From a virus (taxonomy: Duplodnaviria; Caudoviricetes): a stretch of DNA of 30,074 nucleotides. The DNA is taken from the IMG/VR virus record IMGVR_UViG_3300044513_003232, positions 1 through 30,074 of that record. One strand, 5' to 3'. Made by a program: the position numbers and the translations under genes. Shown piece by piece: positions 24,401 through 30,074 of the stretch; within the stretch, counting starts at the first letter, position 1; the number at the start of each line of letters is the position of its first letter. The notes below the pieces were generated by a model. It was not told the origin of the DNA, did not search any database, and was given only the letters and a program-made list of their open reading frames with translations.

Positions 24401-26463
24401 TTACTTATCAGTGGGAGAAATCGGAGGATAATGTAACCTATGCTCCGATCGCAGGTGCAACTTCAGCAACATACACGACTGGATCAACCACATATGATAA
24501 TGATTATGGTGATTATTATAGATGCGTCTGTTCAGCAGAAGGAGTTGCTGCAGATACAACATCTAACTCTGCTCAGATTCTTCTGACCAGAACTATCAAT
24601 ATCACAACGCAACCAGCAAACGTCACTGGTGCTGTTGGTGGAACCGTACAATTCTCTGTTGTTGCAAATACATCTGATAATGATGCTGGAGACATTACAT
24701 ATCAATGGCAGTTCTCGATTGATAGTGGAGCAAATTGGTCTAATGTCGTAGGTGGAAGTGGAGATACAACCGCAACATATACAACTCCAACCTTAGATTC
24801 TACTTACGATGAGCACAGATACCGTTGTGTTCTTTCTGCTGTTGCGGCAACACCAGTAAATTCTGGTAGTGCTACGCTTCAAGTTGAAACAGTAACCGTT
24901 GTAGTAACTCAACAGCCAACAAACCAAACGACAGACGAAAATACAACAGCAACATTTACCTGTGCAGGTGACATCAGCATGGGTCAAATTGGTGCCAATG
25001 CTGCATCGTCCTCCTTTGATGTCGATCAGTTTGATACTCCACAGGGAGGCGGCGGTAATGAGATTAAACTTCAGTCTCAGCACGAACCATCGGTAACCTA
25101 TCAGTGGCAAAAGTCTGATGATGGTGGAAGTAACTGGGGAGACATTGCTGGGGCAACAAATCCATCCTATACAACAGCATCACTAACATACAGTTCCGAT
25201 AACGGAGATCTTTATAGATGTAAACTCGATGCTGTAGGTGCTGCAACTCCAGCGTATACAAATAACGTAACACTCACAGTTCTCAGAGTATATTCGATTA
25301 CTGCTCAACCAGCAAACCAAACTGCAAATGAGAATGGAACTGCTTCTTTCTCAATCACAGTAACCGCTACAAGTGGAGCACCATCTTACCAATGGCAAAG
25401 GTCTGATGATAACGGTGCAAACTACGCAAATATCTCTGGAGCAACAAACGCCACATATACAACACCACCTCTGATTTATGCACAAGACAATGATGACAGA
25501 TATCGTTGTTTAGTAGATCTAGTTGGTTCTAGTGGGCAATTGACATCCACTTTCGCTCTTCTAACTGTTCTTAGAGTTATCACTATCAGTGCTCAACCAC
25601 AGAGCGTAGCAGTTATCGAAGGAGCAACAGCAACCTTCTCCGTAACTGCATCGATTACTAGTGATGTAATTTCCTACCAATGGCAAATTTCTACCAACAC
25701 TGGATCCTCTTGGAGCAATATTAATGGTGCAAACTCTTCCTCTTATACAACACCAGCGACAGTATATCCAACATCTCCAGATGTTCAATATCGTTGTATC
25801 TTAACAAACGTAGCTGCGACCACTGTTACAACCTCAACTGCAACTTTAACTGTAAATGAATCTGAATTTGTTAGCACTCCATCTAACATAGCGATTAACA
25901 CTGACCCAGATACACTGAGAACATTTAACAGAAGACCAACCTTTACTTCTTCTGCATATGTTCCCGAGTATACTGGTTCAACTCACTTCTCTAGTTTCTG
26001 GAGAATCAGAAGAGTTTCTGACAATGCTACCGTATACGACACTGCAGGTACATATGTAAATGGTGATACTGGAAACTTGACTACATTCACAGTACCACAA
26101 GGAGTATTATCATTCGATACCAATTACGTTGTCCAGGTTAAATATAGAGATAATGCTGGTCTTGAAAGTTCTTACAGTTCAAGTTTCTCCTTCACAACTC
26201 CTTTTGTTGATCAACCAGTTATCCAAACTATCGTACCAGCATTCAACCCAACCGTAAATACAGACACCGCTGAGGTGAAAGCTGGTTACGTACATACCTC
26301 TAGTGATTGGCAGTTCTCTGCCACAAATAGTTTCCTGACGATCATTCACCAATCTCTTGGCAATACATCAAACTTGAACTCCTATATTTTACCACAGGAC
26401 GTATCGCTTGATCCAAACACAACTTATTATGTTCGTATCCGATTCAACGTAAATCCACAGTAA
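21409..26463 (+). CDS. Multidomain S8 (subtilisin-like) serine peptidase with cupredoxin-like domain and Ig/FN3-like repeats, putative virion protein (1684 aa)
   Basis: Catalytic triad: VIDSG (Asp 22207), NGHGT (His 22387), GTSFSCP (Ser 23032), plus oxyanion SAGN. HPF...YYCSVHSGMG upstream. Six I.xQP...QW...YRC repeats, and C-terminal FN3-like segments (NYVVQVKYRD, TTYYVRIRF). Confidence 0.85.
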   Translation: MKRVVVKVTNNSDLEVAKDSILDQISYLIFVEQFRSFNVLAFDVPEENEGTALSDIRSLGHRATWDIEVTCDPVAELNNFAAVEHPEEEVTGDASYGTRNITTTGSGTIYVRVANISGQNLYVFSSSINGTYSTAYTQSGFLQGGTYTFDTSHSSNAGHPFRFSETPDGTWKSGSEYNTTVTVNGTPGSAGSYTRILFNASTPSVLFYYCSVHSGMGRAFLSPDRYGTVNLHDFWHLDRITKSDRSYLNRQFSYTETGDGVDIYVIDSGVRGASRPTGTNASLHPELYDPDFTTDLNGLSEQQNYRVYQLPHYAGAYGSNNEDDNGHGTNCAVLAAGRTAGVSRKSRIYALKAFNSSLSSAYSQILGAYQAVIDHNDPTSGNFKGDDRPAIINSSFGPTIPSGGYPFIELNDPGTDVGTEVEILDEIEKTVTDNYNIIIARSAGNGFKDAGDNFAGPIQGKYIAGTRTAGYSDPVFNSVDPDQNKISVGATEYNDRWSYFSNYGGGVTTTAPGSRVVCPKYDWTSNTSYTSTLNYNLIDGTSFSCPIVVGIIASWASANSYTRTTPNLPQTAKSFFRGDGSGFLKDAAGTSTYPTNILQEKSLPTDPFSVTNGSSDLVIKFNSADASNFLGNIGERVQLRAVFGTTVGGVNIHEQGWEWLTITGESAGNNTITVSMLSSGTSTQSNAGGAGHYLALLKDTHELTDGPEFSGTQLYTQTDAQESGGSSTPVQNIPVDSGVDFNVSSISSVRKGAIYPYVDSIVTWANSPGAVGGSPFTNGSSVNYNLGLSSLTTWASEPITIQGYTLSGDSLSGTGLSFDTNTGVLSGTTTSLYLDVVKNITVTETTSGQSQAYTFTLTGTGVGITITQQPSNTQVEAGGGVNATFTVAGTADDASTVTFQWEYSTDGGSNWSTISSLAGHSGETTDTLTVDDDYAFDDYQYRCILDSATAVNPTTSNAATLLVYRVVTIGTQPTNQTPVAPATATFFVTASTADGATVTYQWEKSEDNVTYAPIAGATSATYTTGSTTYDNDYGDYYRCVCSAEGVAADTTSNSAQILLTRTINITTQPANVTGAVGGTVQFSVVANTSDNDAGDITYQWQFSIDSGANWSNVVGGSGDTTATYTTPTLDSTYDEHRYRCVLSAVAATPVNSGSATLQVETVTVVVTQQPTNQTTDENTTATFTCAGDISMGQIGANAASSSFDVDQFDTPQGGGGNEIKLQSQHEPSVTYQWQKSDDGGSNWGDIAGATNPSYTTASLTYSSDNGDLYRCKLDAVGAATPAYTNNVTLTVLRVYSITAQPANQTANENGTASFSITVTATSGAPSYQWQRSDDNGANYANISGATNATYTTPPLIYAQDNDDRYRCLVDLVGSSGQLTSTFALLTVLRVITISAQPQSVAVIEGATATFSVTASITSDVISYQWQISTNTGSSWSNINGANSSSYTTPATVYPTSPDVQYRCILTNVAATTVTTSTATLTVNESEFVSTPSNIAINTDPDTLRTFNRRPTFTSSAYVPEYTGSTHFSSFWRIRRVSDNATVYDTAGTYVNGDTGNLTTFTVPQGVLSFDTNYVVQVKYRDNAGLESSYSSSFSFTTPFVDQPVIQTIVPAFNPTVNTDTAEVKAGYVHTSSDWQFSATNSFLTIIHQSLGNTSNLNSYILPQDVSLDPNTTYYVRIRFNVNPQ
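23998..25860 (+). repeat. Six tandem Ig-like (~95 aa) protein repeats
   Basis: Units begin near 23998, 24307, 24595, 24898, 25291 and 25579. Each has QP...(Y/F)QW..S.D/N......YRC. Confidence 0.8.
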
Positions 26464-26465
26464 TC

Positions 26466-27281
26466 ATGGCAAAACCTACCACAAAACAAGAACTCATCGA
26501 TTACGCTTTGCGTCAACTCGGTGCTCCAGTATTAGAAATTAACGTTGACGATGATCAGATCGATGATCTGGTAGATGATGCTATTCAGTATTACAATGAG
26601 CGTCACATGGATGGATATGTGAGGACATTCCTTAAAGTTCCATTCAGTCAAGTTGTTATCGATAGAATGACAACGGATACTGATACCACAGTCACCAACG
26701 CTACAAGTGGAAACGATAGTATCACATATAAGACGCAGAACAACTACATCAAGTTACCCGATTATATTACTAGTGTAATCAAGGTCTTTGATTTTGTTTC
26801 CAAAAACACAACAAACCTGTTCGACGTTCGCTATCAGTGGAGACTGAATGATCTCTGGGATCTGACCAATACAGAGATTCTAACATATGAAATGGTCAAC
26901 CGCAGACTGGAAGATATCTACTTCCTGTTAGAAGGTCAGAAGCAGTTGAGATGGCAGATGCGTGGAGATCGTCTGTATCTCGACATCGACTTCCAAGAAG
27001 ATATTGCTGATGGTGATTACTTAGTTCTCGATTGCTATCGTGCAGTAGATCCAGCAGACTTTGCTGCAGTATATAACGATCCATGGATCAAGCGTTATGT
27101 AACTGCTTTGATTCGCCGTCAGTGGGGTGCAAACCTCATTAAGTTCCAGGGTGCTCAACTTCCTGGTGGTATCACAATGAACGGTGAGTTTATTTACAAC
27201 GAAGGTAAAGAAGCAGTCCAAAAACTTGAGGACGAAATGCTTTCTAGTTATGAAATCCCACCAATGGATATGATCGGATGA
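26466..27281 (+). CDS. g13: Neck protein gp13
   Basis: LIDYALRQLGAPVLEINVDDDQ, W.KRY.TALI.RQWGANL.KF.G.QLPGG.T.NG and C-terminal PPMDMIG, all characteristic of T4-like gp13. Confidence 0.95.
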   Translation: MAKPTTKQELIDYALRQLGAPVLEINVDDDQIDDLVDDAIQYYNERHMDGYVRTFLKVPFSQVVIDRMTTDTDTTVTNATSGNDSITYKTQNNYIKLPDYITSVIKVFDFVSKNTTNLFDVRYQWRLNDLWDLTNTEILTYEMVNRRLEDIYFLLEGQKQLRWQMRGDRLYLDIDFQEDIADGDYLVLDCYRAVDPADFAAVYNDPWIKRYVTALIRRQWGANLIKFQGAQLPGGITMNGEFIYNEGKEAVQKLEDEMLSSYEIPPMDMIG

Positions 27282-28606
27282 GAAACGTATTCTTCACACA
27301 CGGAACTCGCAACGAACAATTCCTCCAACAGAATCTTGTGGAGGAGTATCTCAAGATGTTTGGTATGGATGTATTGTACATTCCCAGGCAACTTGTACAG
27401 GAAGATGGAGTTTTCAATGAAGAAGTCGTATCGGAATTTGATGACTCATATCTGCTTGAAGCATACTTAGAAAATGCAGAAGGATTCCAAGGTGGTGGAG
27501 ATCTTCTGTCGAAGTTTGGTATCAGACAGTCCGATGAGATTACTCTGGTAATTTCTCAGCAAAGATTTGAAGATTTGATTAGTCAATTCCTTTTGGCAGA
27601 TCCCGAAGTGAAACTGGGAACTAGACCACAAGAAGGAGATCTTGTTTACTTCCCACTGTCAAATAACTACTTTGAAATTAAGTTTGTAGAACACGAAGAA
27701 CCATTTTACCAGTTAGGTAAGAACTACGTATTCAAACTCAAGTGTGAACTCTTTGAATATCAAGACGAGAAGGGAGATATCTTCGAAGGTGATGAGGAAC
27801 TTGTCGATACTGGATACACAGTTAAATACTATTACCTCAAAGATACTGGCACTACAGCAACCTCTAACGTCATTCTTGACGGTGATGCTGTAGAGCAAGT
27901 TCTCCTCACTAACGTTGGTTCTGCATACATGACTGCTCCTACAGTCACGATCACTGGTGATGGCACAGGAGCAACTGCTACGGCATATCTAGCGACGGTG
28001 ACTGTAACTGGTGGATCTCCAATTACATCCGCTCGTATCAGAGCAACAGTAATTAATGGTGAGATTAGAACAGTTACCATTCTAGATGGTGGATCAGGAT
28101 ATGATGAAGACAGAGCATCCTTGGTAGTTTCTAATGCAGACACGGGTGGTGTATCTGCAACATTAACACCAACATTTAAGAATGGAGAATTGATCAACAT
28201 CTCTATTCTAAATGGAGGTTCCAACTATAAGTCAGTACGACTGATTGATGTTGAATCTGGTGGATCTGGATACACTACTGCAACTGCTACTATCTCTGCA
28301 CCTCCTTCTGGTCTCACTGGAACATTTAAGTTACAGGAGACTGTCACTGGAGCGACTACTGGATCGCAAGCACAGTTGGTAGAGTGGGATGCCGAGGAAG
28401 GTTGGATCAAACTCAAGAACCCAACCAAAGAATTTGCTCTTGGCGAGAATATTGTTGGAGATGTTTCTGGTGCAATCATCTCACTCGATTCTTATAATGC
28501 AATGGCAAGTACCGATACTAAATACTATGAAAATGTCACCTTTGAAGAACTCGCTGATGACATTCTAGATTTCACTGAGACGAATCCATTTGGAGTGATT
28601 AGTTAA
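27278..28606 (+). CDS. g14: Neck protein gp14 (head closure), extended
   Basis: FG.DV.YIPR, LLSKFG, RPQEGDLVYFP, FEIKFVEHEEPFYQLGK, LFEY and C-terminal DFTETNPFG. ATGA overlap with g13. Confidence 0.95.
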   Translation: MRNVFFTHGTRNEQFLQQNLVEEYLKMFGMDVLYIPRQLVQEDGVFNEEVVSEFDDSYLLEAYLENAEGFQGGGDLLSKFGIRQSDEITLVISQQRFEDLISQFLLADPEVKLGTRPQEGDLVYFPLSNNYFEIKFVEHEEPFYQLGKNYVFKLKCELFEYQDEKGDIFEGDEELVDTGYTVKYYYLKDTGTTATSNVILDGDAVEQVLLTNVGSAYMTAPTVTITGDGTGATATAYLATVTVTGGSPITSARIRATVINGEIRTVTILDGGSGYDEDRASLVVSNADTGGVSATLTPTFKNGELINISILNGGSNYKSVRLIDVESGGSGYTTATATISAPPSGLTGTFKLQETVTGATTGSQAQLVEWDAEEGWIKLKNPTKEFALGENIVGDVSGAIISLDSYNAMASTDTKYYENVTFEELADDILDFTETNPFGVIS

Positions 28607-28607
28607 G

Positions 28608-29609
28608 ATGTTAGGTGTATACACATATAATAAGATTCTTAGAAAGACTGTCGTAGCGTTCGGTACTCTCTTCAATAACATTGAAGTAAGAAAAGAAAAT
28701 ACTGACGGGTCAACCTACAGCAGGATGAAGGTGCCTCTGGCATATGGTCCCCGCCAGAAGTTCTTAGCAAGACTTACAGAACAACCAGATCTGAATCAAA
28801 AGGTTGGTATCACAGTACCTCGTCTCTCGTTTGAGATGACTGGTATCTCCTATGATTCGTCTAGAAAACTGAGTCCAATCACCGCCTCTCTGAAAGCAGC
28901 GGGATCTAACTCGATCAAAAAACAATTCACTCCAGTTCCATATAATATTGATTTCGAATTGAATATCATTTCGAAAACAAATGACGAAGCGATTGAAATC
29001 GTAGAACAGATTCTACCAGTTTTCCAACCATCTTACAATGTAACATTGAAGTTGGTTGAGGAGATGGAAGACTTTAGAGATGTACCTATTGTTTTGAATA
29101 ACATCTCATATTCCGATGACTACGAAGGTTCATTTGATACTAGAAAGATAACCCTCTTTACTTTACAGTTCACTGCAAAGACTTACATCTTTGGACCTGT
29201 TGGAAATACTGCGCCAATCAAAAAGGCAAAGGTCGATTACCACACAAACGTCGATATCAATTCCACAAGACAGGTCGCATACGAAGTTACGCCGAAGGCA
29301 CTTACAGATCAAAACCAAGACGGAACGACTACTCTGTCTGCAGACATTACTGCTAAGACACTAACGTTCGAAGTCGCTGACGTTGTTCTCCTTTCTATTG
29401 GTGGATTTATTGAGATTGGCAACGAAGTCATGAAGGTTAAGTCCAAACCAGGAGGAGATAAAATTACGGTTGTTAGGGGAATGAATGGAACATCTGCTTC
29501 CGCTCATGCCGCTGGCGCTGCTGTTGATTTGATCAATAGTGCTGATGATGCTCTCCTCGATTCTGGAGATGACTTTGGATTTAATGAACTGATTTCTGTG
29601 TTTGAGTAA
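28608..29609 (+). CDS. g15: Tail sheath stabilizer/tail terminator gp15
   Basis: FGTLFNNIEV, KVPLAYGPRQKFLARL, PRLSFEM, PVPYN, IVEQILP.FQP, RDVPIVL. Syntenic after g14. Confidence 0.95.
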   Translation: MLGVYTYNKILRKTVVAFGTLFNNIEVRKENTDGSTYSRMKVPLAYGPRQKFLARLTEQPDLNQKVGITVPRLSFEMTGISYDSSRKLSPITASLKAAGSNSIKKQFTPVPYNIDFELNIISKTNDEAIEIVEQILPVFQPSYNVTLKLVEEMEDFRDVPIVLNNISYSDDYEGSFDTRKITLFTLQFTAKTYIFGPVGNTAPIKKAKVDYHTNVDINSTRQVAYEVTPKALTDQNQDGTTTLSADITAKTLTFEVADVVLLSIGGFIEIGNEVMKVKSKPGGDKITVVRGMNGTSASAHAAGAAVDLINSADDALLDSGDDFGFNELISVFE

Positions 29610-30022
29610 TGGATAGATTTGAAGGTTTAGATGAAGCTTTTGACACTGTTGCTGAGATTGCACCAGTAGAAGTTGCAAAAAAGAAACCTCCCATCAAGGG
29701 AGAAAAAGACGATGTTCAGGACGATTATGAATACGCCAGAGCAAATCTGTACCAGTTGGTGGATAAAGGACAAGAAGCTATCAACGGCGCTCTTGATCTG
29801 GCTATGTCTTCTGATCACCCTAGAGCATATGAAGTTGCTGGACAGTTAATTAAAAACGTCGGTGACGTTGCCGACAAACTGATGGCACTTCAAAAAGTTA
29901 AGAAGGATGTCAAAGAAGAGAAAGCAAAGGGACCAACCAACGTTACTAATGCTCTCTTTGTTGGTAGTACAGCAGATCTTCAGAAGATGCTGAAAGACGC
30001 ATCAAAGAAAAAAGATAAATAA
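29609..30022 (+). CDS. g16: Terminase small subunit gp16
   Basis: DDYEYARANL, A..SDHPRAYEV.GQLIK, TNNA-like TNALFVGSTADLQKML. TAATG overlap with g15. Confidence 0.95.
   Translation: MDRFEGLDEAFDTVAEIAPVEVAKKKPPIKGEKDDVQDDYEYARANLYQLVDKGQEAINGALDLAMSSDHPRAYEVAGQLIKNVGDVADKLMALQKVKKDVKEEKAKGPTNVTNALFVGSTADLQKMLKDASKKKDK
30014..30021 (+). promoter_or_regulatory. Late promoter GATAAATA
   Basis: NATAAATA overlapping the end of g16, 24 nt upstream of ATG 30046. Confidence 0.6.
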
Positions 30023-30045
30023 AAAGAGACTATAGACTTAGTAAA

Positions 30046-30074
30046 ATGATCCTCAAACCAAAAGGGGCGGCTGT
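30046..30074 (+). CDS. Start of next ORF (MILKPKGAA...), truncated by the window
   Basis: ATG downstream of a late-promoter motif and open to the window end. Too short to identify. Confidence 0.45.

Noticed and set aside
49-29818. Many minus-strand ORFs (e.g. 49-885, 5797-6372, 6421-7074, 17783-18355) and short alternative-frame plus-strand ORFs
   Set aside because: All overlap well-supported plus-strand genes. Their Ser/Thr/Cys-rich translations are what the codon bias of the real genes produces on other frames, and they show no recognisable motifs.
1-30074. tRNA, rRNA, CRISPR array or transposase
   Set aside because: Intergenic gaps are about 50 nt or shorter, and no such motifs or spaced direct repeats were seen.

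Overview
This window is a virion-structure (late) region of a T4-like myovirus, most likely a cyanophage (Kyanoviridae-like, inferred from gene content and NATAAATA motifs). All credible genes are on the + strand. In order: the C-terminal part of a giant structural protein; a 177-aa protein; a 3207-aa modular fibre-like protein; five paralogous small 'tip' proteins with a shared N-terminal module and different heads (fibrinogen-like, LamG in three of them, glycine-rich) plus a putative chaperone; an AT-rich trio of enzymes (2OG-Fe(II) oxygenase, divergent flavin-dependent halogenase-like protein, second 2OG-Fe(II) oxygenase); two small ORFs; a 1684-aa cupredoxin-like/S8 subtilase/Ig-repeat protein; then core genes g13, g14, g15 and g16 and the start of one more ORF. 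T4-type late promoters punctuate the region. One sits in the loop of a terminator hairpin and one lies inside a coding sequence. The best candidate for an undescribed system is the fibre plus multi-tip receptor-binding cassette with adjacent late-promoter-linked oxygenase/halogenase enzymes that may modify it. Assignments come from motif recognition only; no database searches were run.
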